Below, one piece after another: positions 19,439 to 29,121 of a stretch of 64,000 bases of DNA. Position 1 is the first letter of the stretch, and each line of letters starts with the position of its first letter. The position numbers and the translations under genes were made by a program. The stretch is from Fibrobacteria bacterium (GTDB lineage Bacteria; Fibrobacterota; Chitinivibrionia; Chitinivibrionales; FEN-1185), in assembly GCA_037447435.1 (NCBI GenBank), contig JBBIGR010000008.1, forward strand, positions 1 through 64,000, written 5' to 3'. The notes beneath the pieces are model-generated. The model was not told the origin of the DNA and searched no databases. It was given only the letters and a program-made list of their open reading frames with translations.

Positions 19439-19723
19439 ATGGGAAATTATTTGACATGCGGGCAAGCCGCAAAGCGATTGCGGGTCTCCATTTCGACGTT
19501 AAAACGTTGGGTCGGCGAACCCGATTTACGCGTTGAAGAATTACGGAACAGGAACGGATGGCGCCTGTTCTCGGAAAAGGACCTTGACAAATTAAGGGAC
19601 TACAAAAAACAGATAAAACGGTCCGGAAAGCGGTTCAACGAGGTCACGCTTTTGCCTATTGATAAAATGTCCATGAAACAATCGGTAACCATGACAACAG
19701 GAAATATGCAGGCGATGCTATGA
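19439..19723 (+). CDS. Small MerR/excisionase (BldC-like) HTH DNA-binding protein
   Basis: YLTCGQAAKRLRVSISTLKRW...RNRNGWRLFSEKDL; GGAGG RBS before ATG 19439. Confidence 0.85.
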   Translation: MGNYLTCGQAAKRLRVSISTLKRWVGEPDLRVEELRNRNGWRLFSEKDLDKLRDYKKQIKRSGKRFNEVTLLPIDKMSMKQSVTMTTGNMQAML

Positions 19724-20889
19724 GTTTTTATCACTGCGCCAAAACAACCGTTCTTGTGCTGATTGCATGCGTATGCATTTTTGCACAGTCGGTAAAGAGA
19801 AATCGGGACGAAGGTACGACCTCGGTCCGAGCATCCAATGTTTTGGGCAACGGCAACATTTCGGCCTTCCTTTCGGGAGCGGCAGCGTATAGCAGGAACG
19901 GGTTTGCGCTTGCACCCATCGTCGGCGCATCGGTCGGCATTACCGATATAATGGAGCTGTACGGGCAACTGGTTCCGGTCACCGCAAAAGGCATAGGACC
20001 CATAGAAGCGCATTTGCAAATCACCACGCCGGCAAACGACAAACTCCGACTCTTGGGTCTGGCGCTTTCCGCTGATTTGTATTTGTCTACTGCGCAGGAC
20101 ACGATTTCTGGTACCAAAGACAAACCGGAGTATAATTCCTATCCGTCGGCAACGTTGCTTTTTGATGTGGATTGGCTGGCGTATAAAAAGTGGTTGCCGC
20201 TTAAAACGTATGTGCGCTTTTCGCTTGTCGACAATCCGGACGTTTTATACCGTTACGACCAAATAGCCCTGGCATCGTCGATCGAATGGAAGATGTTTCA
20301 GCATTGTCTTTTCGCTTCCGCAGGAATGGGTTTATATAAGGAAAAACAAACAAAAATACGCGCAGGCGATGACACGTACGGGCAAAAATACGTATGGGTA
20401 GAACCGGGCATGCGGTACCGATTGTTTCCGCAACTTTCCGTCCTTGCATCGGCAAAAGTCACGGTTTACCAGGATGTTGCGGGCAAAGACCCGCTTAAAC
20501 CGGAATTATTCAACGTTTCCCTGAAGCTTGAGGCCCCGGTTTTTTTTACCGAAACAAATACCGAGGCAATACGCACCCTCATTTTCATGGAACAAAAAAA
20601 GGAAAAGAAAGTAGATGCAATTGTTAAAACGACAAATCATGCAACCGACAAGAATCTTATGGAAGGAATAGATTTGCCTGAGCTTGGCCAAGACAGCCTT
20701 GAGTCTTTTGATTTTAATCAGGAGCGCCAGGATCTCATTAAACGCAGGGAAGAAACACAGAAAAAAATGGCCGATATAGAAAGGCTGTTTGTCGACATTG
20801 CCCGGGAGGATTCCTTGAAGGAATCAAATAATACGGGAAATACGATTTCGGCTCCGCCGAGAATACAACAGGACAGCAAGGTGAAATAA
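19720..20889 (+). CDS. Secreted protein, predicted outer-membrane beta-barrel with helical C-terminal extension
   Basis: Signal peptide; alternating hydrophobic/aromatic strands; charged C-terminal tail; paralog of the next gene. Confidence 0.55.
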   Translation: MSFYHCAKTTVLVLIACVCIFAQSVKRNRDEGTTSVRASNVLGNGNISAFLSGAAAYSRNGFALAPIVGASVGITDIMELYGQLVPVTAKGIGPIEAHLQITTPANDKLRLLGLALSADLYLSTAQDTISGTKDKPEYNSYPSATLLFDVDWLAYKKWLPLKTYVRFSLVDNPDVLYRYDQIALASSIEWKMFQHCLFASAGMGLYKEKQTKIRAGDDTYGQKYVWVEPGMRYRLFPQLSVLASAKVTVYQDVAGKDPLKPELFNVSLKLEAPVFFTETNTEAIRTLIFMEQKKEKKVDAIVKTTNHATDKNLMEGIDLPELGQDSLESFDFNQERQDLIKRREETQKKMADIERLFVDIAREDSLKESNNTGNTISAPPRIQQDSKVK

Positions 20890-22115
20890 TGACGGCAATT
20901 AATACGTGCAAAATCCTTTTTATCGCAGTGACATTGATACTCGCTATCATATGTCCGCTTTCGGCGCAAGGCCCGAAACGAAACCGCGGTGAAGGCATAT
21001 ATCAGCTGCCGTCGTCCAATACATCGGGATTGCAAAACATTTGGGTCACATTGCGGGGCACGGGGTTTTTATGGGCAAACAAATCGCTGGATTCGACGGA
21101 ACAAAAGCCCGGCATTTTTCCGTTTGGGGAATTGTATTCGGAAATCGGAGTGACACAATGGGCATCGCTTTTGTTTGAATCACGGGTGTTTTCGTATACG
21201 AGAAACGGATGGTTCCAATTCGGCAATGTCGTTGCGGGAACAAAACTGACACTGCCGAATAATAAAGAACTCCGTTTTTGGGGAATAGGATTGGAAAGCA
21301 AATACATTTGGAACAATACGAACGATACGTTTCCTTCGTTGGCCGGGTACCGGGCCGGGACAACCGGATTCGCGCCGGAAGGTTACATTGTTTCGGGAAG
21401 CAATATTCAGATTAAGATGATAAACGATTTTGACCTGATAAGCTTGTATTCATGGTTACCTGTCAAGGCCGGCGTTTCTTTAGGCATTCGCATACCTTTG
21501 CAAAAAGCGGAATACGTATTCAATCAATATTTGTTCGATATCGGCGTCTCGTATTTTGGGCCGGGATATGACTTTTTCGTGATGTATTCGCTGGAGGCTT
21601 TGAATAATCTGACTTCGCCGCTTCTGGTGACGAATTTGCCGCAAGGCAGAAGAACGCAGATTGCGTTCAGTGAAAATCCGATGTACCTGACAATCGGCGG
21701 CAAGGTACGATACGATAACGGCATTGCACTTTCCCTTTTCATACCGTTCCTCATGAGTCAAAATTACGGTTCATCGATGACGCGGGACGACTTGCGCGCA
21801 TTAAATGAATCGACAAGCCCGGGTTCGAAGTTCTACGACGAACATCAAAAAGGCCTGACAGACCCGTTCGATCCCTGGTATGCAAAATGGAAAATCGTGG
21901 GCGAAATTTCATTTCCTATTTTATACAAACAGACGGGATCGGAAATGATGCGAAATTTTCTTTTGATGAAAAACCAGGACAAGTCCCGGAAAATAGACAT
22001 CGATGAACAATTACGGGCCGGGGCGATCCGCGATTCCATCGAAGCAAGCGCTCAGGACTCGAAGCAGCGCATAGAAGACATAAAAAAGAGAAGAGAAGAA
22101 TTGCAGAAGCCCTGA
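20889..22115 (+). CDS. Secreted protein, predicted outer-membrane beta-barrel (paralog of 19720..20889)
   Basis: Shared KRNR(D/G)EG N-terminus, P(V/I)(F/L)..T..E..R...M C-terminal block and KRREE tail. Confidence 0.55.
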   Translation: MTAINTCKILFIAVTLILAIICPLSAQGPKRNRGEGIYQLPSSNTSGLQNIWVTLRGTGFLWANKSLDSTEQKPGIFPFGELYSEIGVTQWASLLFESRVFSYTRNGWFQFGNVVAGTKLTLPNNKELRFWGIGLESKYIWNNTNDTFPSLAGYRAGTTGFAPEGYIVSGSNIQIKMINDFDLISLYSWLPVKAGVSLGIRIPLQKAEYVFNQYLFDIGVSYFGPGYDFFVMYSLEALNNLTSPLLVTNLPQGRRTQIAFSENPMYLTIGGKVRYDNGIALSLFIPFLMSQNYGSSMTRDDLRALNESTSPGSKFYDEHQKGLTDPFDPWYAKWKIVGEISFPILYKQTGSEMMRNFLLMKNQDKSRKIDIDEQLRAGAIRDSIEASAQDSKQRIEDIKKRREELQKP

Positions 22116-22138
22116 GAAAATTATCCGGATTCGACACT

Positions 22139-25100
22139 ATGAAAAAAACAATGACAATACTTCGTTTCGTATGCACAAGCGGCCTGTTTGTGCTATTGTC
22201 ATTGCCTGCGATCGCCAAAACGCCTCAAAAAGACGACTGGCACATACGGGAAAACCTGGTGACGCGATTGTCGGGAGAATGGTATAAAATCAACGTTTTC
22301 AATACCGAATTATCAAGCGTTAAGGACATCCTCGACGATTTACGCGACATGGAATTGGTCTCCCCGTCGGTAACCAGGTTGAGCGACGATTCGCTCATCG
22401 CGTTTGATAAGAAAATAGAACGCTGCGAAAAAAAATATGCGGCATTGCAAAAACAAATCGGCACGCTGAAACTTCCCCTTTCCGATGCACTTGCGATTTT
22501 ACGGGAAATGGTCGTGGGCCAGCCGATTGAAGACATGTTCAGCGTTCTGGATAATGACGACCTTGCCCGTATTTCGGCGATGATGGACATCAAACACCAT
22601 GCGGACAGCCTGTGGATTTCGGTCGATACGCTTGTAAACGTACTCGGTGCAAAAATGAAACTGTCCCTGCCGCAAAAGGAGTCGGCGATAGAAGGGTTCG
22701 ATGCGGAATTCTTTCAGATATTACAGGCCAATCTCGGCCAGAAAGCGCAATGGTATTATCACGTACTCGATGTCATGAAAACCGCTTTGGCATTGCGGAA
22801 TAAGGAAAACGCGGTATCGGGAATGTATCCCGTGGAAATCCGAAGGGTCAAAAAATGTTTACAGGAAAGGAATCTGGAAAAAGCGGTCCGTTCGATAAAG
22901 TTCATGCAGGCCCGTTACGACGATAAATCGTGCCAGGCGGAACTCGCATTCCTGTTGGTCAAGGCTTATTTCGAGGTCGCAAATTACGACAGCGCGCTTG
23001 TCGCCTGCGCTGCGGTACACGATACGAGCCGTTTCGGCTCGGAGTTATTGCTGTACAAATTGCAAAGTCAATACCAGTTGGGTAAATACGATACGATTTG
23101 GAATGTCGGCCAGAAATTCCCGTTTTGGTTTTTGAAGGGCAAACAGCGGAATTGCGCGTTATGGATGGTGATGGAAAGCGGTTTGGCACTGAGAAAAACC
23201 GCAGGATTCGGCGATTTGGTTTCCCTCATTGAAAAGGATTCGTCGTATGCGATTCACGTATTGCATGCATTGGCCCGCTCGTATATTTTGCAAAACGATT
23301 TTCCAAACGCTCTACAAGTATTCGAAAGTGCCGATAAATTCAAACAACCCGCGGACATCGATAAAAATGCGTTTTTAGCGGTACGGCTTTGCGCGGCGCA
23401 AACACAATTTGAAAAAGGGAATTACCAAAAGTCCCTCACATCGTTTTTTTCGTTGCTCAACAGCGAAGACGAGACAATATTTTCTCAAGCGTTGTTCGGC
23501 ATTTCCTGGTGCTATATAAAACTCGGTATGTACCAGAAAGCGGAACTATCGCTTCGGAAACTGATAAACCAGTCGCCGAATTCTCCTCTTGCGGTAAAGG
23601 CGATGCTTGTCATGGGGCAACGAAAACTCAACAAAATCCAATTCGACTGGGACAAACTGACGTTCCTTGCGAATGCGGAATCGCGACTGTCGTTATTGAA
23701 AAAAGGCCTGACTGAAAAAACGGCGGACACTTTGCCCAAGGCGTCCCGCGAACGGGTAAAAGCCGGTATTGCCCGTGTCGACGAACTCCTTGCACGATTA
23801 AAAAACGAGAAACGCGAAACACCGGCAACGATTGCGGCAAATTACGATGAAATCACGCGGTTATCGAACCTTATCCAAAAAATGTACGCAACAGGGTCGT
23901 ATCAGGAAATAGCATTTTCAGAAAAACGGGAAGTCCTTTTGCACGTACTCGACTCTTTGACCCTCTGCGCGACCGGGACGCGACAAACATCGAATGCGGT
24001 TTCTTTTACCAATGCATCGCAATCGGTGGGCACGATAAAACAGCTCGTTTTTAAAAGCAAGGTTTTTGACGCGAAAGCACAAATAGACCGGTACCGATGG
24101 GAAAAAGAGAATGTCGATTGGCAAAAAGGCAATACTAAAAAGGAAATAGACCAAACCATTAAAATGTCGAGTACCGCAAAGGATTCTGCGGAACGCGTTA
24201 AAAGCGCAATGCGAATAGGGCAGCTTAATGCGACAATGGATTCTCTGGTCAAAGCCGGCGACAAAATCCACGAACGGTGGTATGGTCAATTGACAAAAAC
24301 ATGTGAGGAACTGACCAGTTTGCCGTTGGAAGTCCAGGATGAAATTTATTTACGGTATCACAACGCCGAATTGCATTATACCCAGGAAAACGAGCAGTAT
24401 GCGCAGGCATATTCCTTGTTCGAAGCCAATATGGCGCGATACGACAGCCTGATACGGTTGTTTAGGGACGGTAAAGAAATCCAAATGCCGCAAAAACCGG
24501 TCGAGCCGTCGCTATCGCACGATTCGAGCACCATGCAATTAGGGTACATCCTTGGAAAATATCCGCGGAGCGAATTGGATTATGCCGTACGTTACTCCCT
24601 TGCGTGGTGCTATAATGACAAAGGCAAATTCGACACCGCTGTCGCGATGATGGATTCGCTGACTCGGCTGTATCCTGATTGTCAATATGCCCCGCAGGCC
24701 TGGATGTACATCGGCGAGTACATGTTCGAGCACGGGAAACTGGACGGCGCGGTAAAAGCGTATCAGGCGGTACTGACCTATCCGGAAAGCGAATGGTTCG
24801 ACAAGGCGCTTTACAAACTGGCTTGGGCGCAGTACCGGATGTCGAACCCGGAAAAGGCCATCAGTTCCTTCCTTGCGCTCGTTGATTTGGGAGGTAAGAA
24901 TTCGTATGGGAAATCGCTTTTGGAGAAGGAATCGATAGACTACATTGCAATCAGTTTCAGCGAGACCGATGTGACCGGCGAACGGGGACTTGAACGCGCG
25001 ACCAATTTCGTGCAACGTTTCGGCGATATGGCGAAGGGTACCGAAATCCTGCACCGGCTTGCCACAATATATAAAGACCAGGGTCGGCTTGACATGGCGC

Positions 25101-25621
25101 AAAAAACGTATCGGACGCTGCTACGGATTTATCCGGAATATAAACAAAGCCCGCAAATCGAGAGCGAATTGCTGGCGGTCATCCAAAAAACCGAGGGGGC
25201 CGATCAGTCGAACTTCCGAAGTTACGATTTTTTTTCAAAGTATAATCGAAACGGCGAATGGGCAAAAGCTCAGTCTGACAAACGCGTGATAGCGGAAGCG
25301 GACAGTTTGGCCCAGAACCATTTATATACGGCCGCCCTCAGTTTCCATCAAATGGCATTGCAGAAAAATGATTCCGCTTTATACCAGACCGCAACAAAGC
25401 AATATGAAGACTTCATAACCACGTATCCGACGTCCGCTCGCGCTCCGGAATGTCATTACAATTTGGCGGAAATACAATTCTCTATTGGTAATTACCAGCG
25501 TGCGGCGGAAGAATATATGGCGGTTTCCAAAAGGTATGCCGATCCTAAGTATAAGGAAACGGCAGCGTGGAACGCCATTGTCGCCACGCAGAATTTATTG
25601 AAAAAGGAAGGAGCGCATTAA
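22139..25621 (+). CDS. Large periplasmic TPR protein (GltC/GltD-like)
   Basis: Signal peptide; many TPRs (ALFGISWCY, AWMYIGEYMF, ALYKLAWAQY, HYNLAEIQF). Confidence 0.8.
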   Translation: MKKTMTILRFVCTSGLFVLLSLPAIAKTPQKDDWHIRENLVTRLSGEWYKINVFNTELSSVKDILDDLRDMELVSPSVTRLSDDSLIAFDKKIERCEKKYAALQKQIGTLKLPLSDALAILREMVVGQPIEDMFSVLDNDDLARISAMMDIKHHADSLWISVDTLVNVLGAKMKLSLPQKESAIEGFDAEFFQILQANLGQKAQWYYHVLDVMKTALALRNKENAVSGMYPVEIRRVKKCLQERNLEKAVRSIKFMQARYDDKSCQAELAFLLVKAYFEVANYDSALVACAAVHDTSRFGSELLLYKLQSQYQLGKYDTIWNVGQKFPFWFLKGKQRNCALWMVMESGLALRKTAGFGDLVSLIEKDSSYAIHVLHALARSYILQNDFPNALQVFESADKFKQPADIDKNAFLAVRLCAAQTQFEKGNYQKSLTSFFSLLNSEDETIFSQALFGISWCYIKLGMYQKAELSLRKLINQSPNSPLAVKAMLVMGQRKLNKIQFDWDKLTFLANAESRLSLLKKGLTEKTADTLPKASRERVKAGIARVDELLARLKNEKRETPATIAANYDEITRLSNLIQKMYATGSYQEIAFSEKREVLLHVLDSLTLCATGTRQTSNAVSFTNASQSVGTIKQLVFKSKVFDAKAQIDRYRWEKENVDWQKGNTKKEIDQTIKMSSTAKDSAERVKSAMRIGQLNATMDSLVKAGDKIHERWYGQLTKTCEELTSLPLEVQDEIYLRYHNAELHYTQENEQYAQAYSLFEANMARYDSLIRLFRDGKEIQMPQKPVEPSLSHDSSTMQLGYILGKYPRSELDYAVRYSLAWCYNDKGKFDTAVAMMDSLTRLYPDCQYAPQAWMYIGEYMFEHGKLDGAVKAYQAVLTYPESEWFDKALYKLAWAQYRMSNPEKAISSFLALVDLGGKNSYGKSLLEKESIDYIAISFSETDVTGERGLERATNFVQRFGDMAKGTEILHRLATIYKDQGRLDMAQKTYRTLLRIYPEYKQSPQIESELLAVIQKTEGADQSNFRSYDFFSKYNRNGEWAKAQSDKRVIAEADSLAQNHLYTAALSFHQMALQKNDSALYQTATKQYEDFITTYPTSARAPECHYNLAEIQFSIGNYQRAAEEYMAVSKRYADPKYKETAAWNAIVATQNLLKKEGAH

Positions 25622-25622
25622 T

Positions 25623-28600
25623 ATGACCGCACCGATGCGCTTTACAAGAATTGCGGCGGTTTTTTATATCGTCGGAATATTGGCGGCCGGTTTCGGGTGC
25701 GCGGGAAGAAAAGCATTGTCCGATAAAAAGGCGATCGAAGAATCCAGAAAAAAAGCATGCCTTGATTCGTTGCAGATCGCGAAAAACGATTCGTTGAAGT
25801 CGAACAGGCCGAAAAGCAAAGATGCCGAAGACCAGCAGGAAAAAATAAAAACCCTATCCCCGGCATCGCAACTCATGGTGAAGGCCTGCGACAATTATTT
25901 GACCATAAATCCCGAAAGTCAAAAATCCGCCGACGTGCTGCTTATTAAAGCTTCGTTGTTTTACAATAATAAACTGTTTGAAGAAGCGCGGACGTCGTAT
26001 AAAACGATTATCGAGAAATTTCCCAAAGATATTCATACCATCGAATCGGTGCGAATGATCGCGCAATCGTATTATGAAGAGAAAAAATTCGATGAGGCGC
26101 AGGCGTGGTATAGGAAACTGAAGGACAGGGCGGTTGAAGGAACCGACAAACAGGAAGCATTGGCCCGCATCGCCGAATCGATTTTTAAACTCGGCGAAAC
26201 CTATGAGTCCCAGGGCAAGTTCAAAGACGCGGCCGCGGAATACGAACGGGTATCGCTGGAGTTTCCGGACTCTAAAATCGCCGACGTCTCCCTGTTCAAC
26301 GCCGGGCTTGCAAATGAAAAAATGTCGGAGTGGTCACAGTCTATTCTCATGTATCAAAAACTCATGCAGAAATATCTGACATCGAAATTGGCCGCAAAAG
26401 CTCAATTTAGGACCGCAAAAAATTATGAGAAATTGCAACAATGGGACAATGCGGGCGAAACGTATTTGCGCGTGGTCGCGAACTTCGGGCAATCGGATTT
26501 GGCCTCGGTTTCACTGTATAATGCCGGGTTTTGCTTTGAAAATGCGAACAAGCTTCCAGTGGCGGCCGCAACGTTTGAAAAAATGGCCCAGTTATACCCG
26601 CAATCGGACGACGCGGCCGACGTTTTATTTCGCGCCGGCGAGATCTATGGAAAAATCAAGGATTGGTCCAGCGTGACCAGGGTAAACCAGGAGTTTATGA
26701 GACGGTTCGGCTCTGATGCCAACAGAGTCATCCAGGCGCAATGCATGGTCGGTGTCGCGATGTACATGCAAAACAGGCAATCCGAAGCCTTGGATCAATT
26801 GACTAAAGCGATATCGACTTTTTCTAAATTGAAGGAGCCGAGCACCACTAATAAATATTACGCGGCAAAGGCCGAATTTACTATCGGCGAAATCAATCAC
26901 GAGGCAATGACGGCAATTACGCTTACCCAACCCAAAGAAACATACAAAAAACAATTAAAGGCCAAATCGGACCTTTTGGACAATTGCATAGCAAATTACT
27001 CCAAAGTCATCAAGTACCAGATTTCCGAATGGACCACGCGCAGCATTTTTTCGATAGCCAAATCATATGAGGATTTTGCCGTTGCCATTTTCAAACAGCA
27101 GCGGCCCTCGTCTATGACGATGGACGAAAGAATCGCATTGGAATTAGGGATCGCCCAGGCCATGGAAGACTATATTGTCAATAAGGCGGCCCATTATTAT
27201 GAAGAGAATGTGAAGTTGGGAATTAAGGAAAAAATCGAAGATAAATATGTTTTGGACTCGAGACAAAAGCTCACTTCCCTGCCGTATTTGGCAGGAGAAA
27301 ATTATCTGGCGTTGGTGACCATTGCCCAGACAGCAACGACTTCCCAGAAGTTGGAGGGGTTCGCCCTCGTTGCAAAGAAACTGGAAACTCTGCAGAAAAT
27401 CGGGCCGTTCCAGGAACGTGCCATCACCTTGTTTCTCAAATGCCTTGAAGACGGCAGCAGATACAAGCAAGTCGACGAGTACTATACTAAAGCAAGTTCG
27501 CTCATAACGAAAACGTCCTGCACCGTGGGCCAGACCTATGCGGATATAGCGGCAACCGCACGGGAAGCGCCGATACCTTCCTCGTTCGATCCGTATGAGG
27601 CTTTTGTCTATAAAACGAAATTGCTCAAACAAATAGAGGCGTATGAAGACAAATCCTTGGAAAACTTTTTGCGAACGCTGAAAATCGCGGAAGCGTACAA
27701 GATAGAAGACGAATTCGTAAAACAAGTGAAACTGGCGCTCCCGAAATTATTGTTCGGCCGCGGACGATGTTACGATGTGTTGTGTGCAGGCGCATTTTCG
27801 GATCCGCCGTTTCCAAAGAACGTCAATGAGGCGGAAAAAGAAGAATACCGGGCGCGTTTTGAGGAAATCGCGATGCAATTCCAGGAAAACGCCTTTGATA
27901 TGTATAAGTCAATAATCGCTTATGCCAAACAGGATTATGCCCTCGGTGACTATGTGACCCATGCGTATGTGAGAATGTACCAAAAATATCCGAAAGAATA
28001 CGGCGTTAAAACCGAGAAAACCGAAACGAGGGTGATTACCAGCGGGCCCGAATGGAAATGCAGCGTCGATACGACGGGCAACTGGTTTGGGCTGGAATTT
28101 CCCGATTCGGGTTTCAAACAAGTTCACAAAGGATCTTTGGGGCAGGCGATTGCGATTTCAGGGTTTCCCGACAATAAAGTCCCGACGCCGATGTGGTGGG
28201 GTGAAGGCGCCGTGGGATCTGCGTCGTATCTTCCCGCCCAACAATGCGTGTTTCGGCGGATGTTTTTCAATTACGATCTGCTCAAGGACGCCACCTTATG
28301 GTTTGCCGCAGTCGACGATTACAAGGTTTTCTGCAATGAAAAGCAATTGATCGTTGATGAAAAAGACACCACCGACTGGACAAAAGCAAAAAAATGGAAT
28401 CTTATGGGGAAACTTCGCGAAGGGAAAAACGTATTGGCCGTTTACGTTAAAAACAATATCAAGCTCGGCAACGGATGTATGCCCTATTTATCCTATTCCG
28501 TGGTCACGAGCATGTACGTACCGCAGCCGCCCAAGGCCACGGCGCCGCTTGACCCGAAGCAGGTTTCCGAAGGAATATATCAATTCCCAACTATTGCAAA

Positions 28601-28643
28601 TTTCCCGATGCCGGCTGCCATCGGGAAGGCGCTCGGGAAATAA
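25623..28643 (+). CDS. TPR lipoprotein (like the C-terminal half of GltD) with C-terminal galactose-binding-like beta-sandwich
   Basis: Lipobox AGFG-C; TPR array (SLFNAG, SLYNAG, VLFRAG); tail WKCS...CVFRRMF...VDDYKVFCNE...LREGKNVLAVYVKN. Confidence 0.78.
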   Translation: MTAPMRFTRIAAVFYIVGILAAGFGCAGRKALSDKKAIEESRKKACLDSLQIAKNDSLKSNRPKSKDAEDQQEKIKTLSPASQLMVKACDNYLTINPESQKSADVLLIKASLFYNNKLFEEARTSYKTIIEKFPKDIHTIESVRMIAQSYYEEKKFDEAQAWYRKLKDRAVEGTDKQEALARIAESIFKLGETYESQGKFKDAAAEYERVSLEFPDSKIADVSLFNAGLANEKMSEWSQSILMYQKLMQKYLTSKLAAKAQFRTAKNYEKLQQWDNAGETYLRVVANFGQSDLASVSLYNAGFCFENANKLPVAAATFEKMAQLYPQSDDAADVLFRAGEIYGKIKDWSSVTRVNQEFMRRFGSDANRVIQAQCMVGVAMYMQNRQSEALDQLTKAISTFSKLKEPSTTNKYYAAKAEFTIGEINHEAMTAITLTQPKETYKKQLKAKSDLLDNCIANYSKVIKYQISEWTTRSIFSIAKSYEDFAVAIFKQQRPSSMTMDERIALELGIAQAMEDYIVNKAAHYYEENVKLGIKEKIEDKYVLDSRQKLTSLPYLAGENYLALVTIAQTATTSQKLEGFALVAKKLETLQKIGPFQERAITLFLKCLEDGSRYKQVDEYYTKASSLITKTSCTVGQTYADIAATAREAPIPSSFDPYEAFVYKTKLLKQIEAYEDKSLENFLRTLKIAEAYKIEDEFVKQVKLALPKLLFGRGRCYDVLCAGAFSDPPFPKNVNEAEKEEYRARFEEIAMQFQENAFDMYKSIIAYAKQDYALGDYVTHAYVRMYQKYPKEYGVKTEKTETRVITSGPEWKCSVDTTGNWFGLEFPDSGFKQVHKGSLGQAIAISGFPDNKVPTPMWWGEGAVGSASYLPAQQCVFRRMFFNYDLLKDATLWFAAVDDYKVFCNEKQLIVDEKDTTDWTKAKKWNLMGKLREGKNVLAVYVKNNIKLGNGCMPYLSYSVVTSMYVPQPPKATAPLDPKQVSEGIYQFPTIANFPMPAAIGKALGK

Positions 28644-28652
28644 GAGGCACTT

Positions 28653-28964
28653 ATGGAAAAACAAAATTTCAAAATCGCGGTTATAGCGCTTGTTCTTTTT
28701 TTCCACGGTATGGCCGCGGCCGCAAAAACGTTGCCGCAGAAGACGGATTCGCTCAATGCCGAAACAAATGCCGCAGGCTATCGAATCGACAAGCCCGGAA
28801 CGATCACCTTTACCGTCGGCGTAAAGATAAAGGGAAAAGTCGAAAAGCCGCAGGTCATGATATTTTTGCCCAAGGAAAAACCGTTTTTCAGCAAAGCGAC
28901 CTTTTCCTATTCTTTCATGGATGACATTATGAAGCCAATGCCATTGACGCCTATTGAAAAATGA
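28653..28964 (+). CDS. Small secreted protein, GltF/CglF-like
   Basis: Signal peptide; IKGKVEKPQ...SFMDDI pattern; lies between the TPR genes and the motor genes. Confidence 0.55.
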   Translation: MEKQNFKIAVIALVLFFHGMAAAAKTLPQKTDSLNAETNAAGYRIDKPGTITFTVGVKIKGKVEKPQVMIFLPKEKPFFSKATFSYSFMDDIMKPMPLTPIEK

Positions 28965-28996
28965 ACGGTAATTTTATTTGTAAGATATTGAAAATA

Positions 28997-29025
28997 TTGA
29001 CTCAATTGGGCTTGTAATGTAGACT
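28997..29025 (+). promoter_or_regulatory. Internal sigma70-type promoter upstream of the motor genes
   Basis: TTGACT-17 bp-TAGACT in a ~157-bp gap; AAGGAG RBS downstream. Confidence 0.5.
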
Positions 29026-29121
29026 ATAAATTGCCGGACGCTTGCAATGGCCAAATAAGTACGGAATTGCTGAAAATTATAAAACTTTTTTGATAAAGCA
29101 ATAGCTACAAAGGAGATCAGA

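Noticed and set aside
19439..19723. Excisionase marking a prophage or ICE
   Set aside because: No integrase, phage genes or att-like repeats were seen, and the gene overlaps an envelope operon.
25600..25700. Frameshift or sequencing error splitting one TPR gene
   Set aside because: The second gene has its own RBS and a complete lipoprotein signal peptide, so the split looks real.
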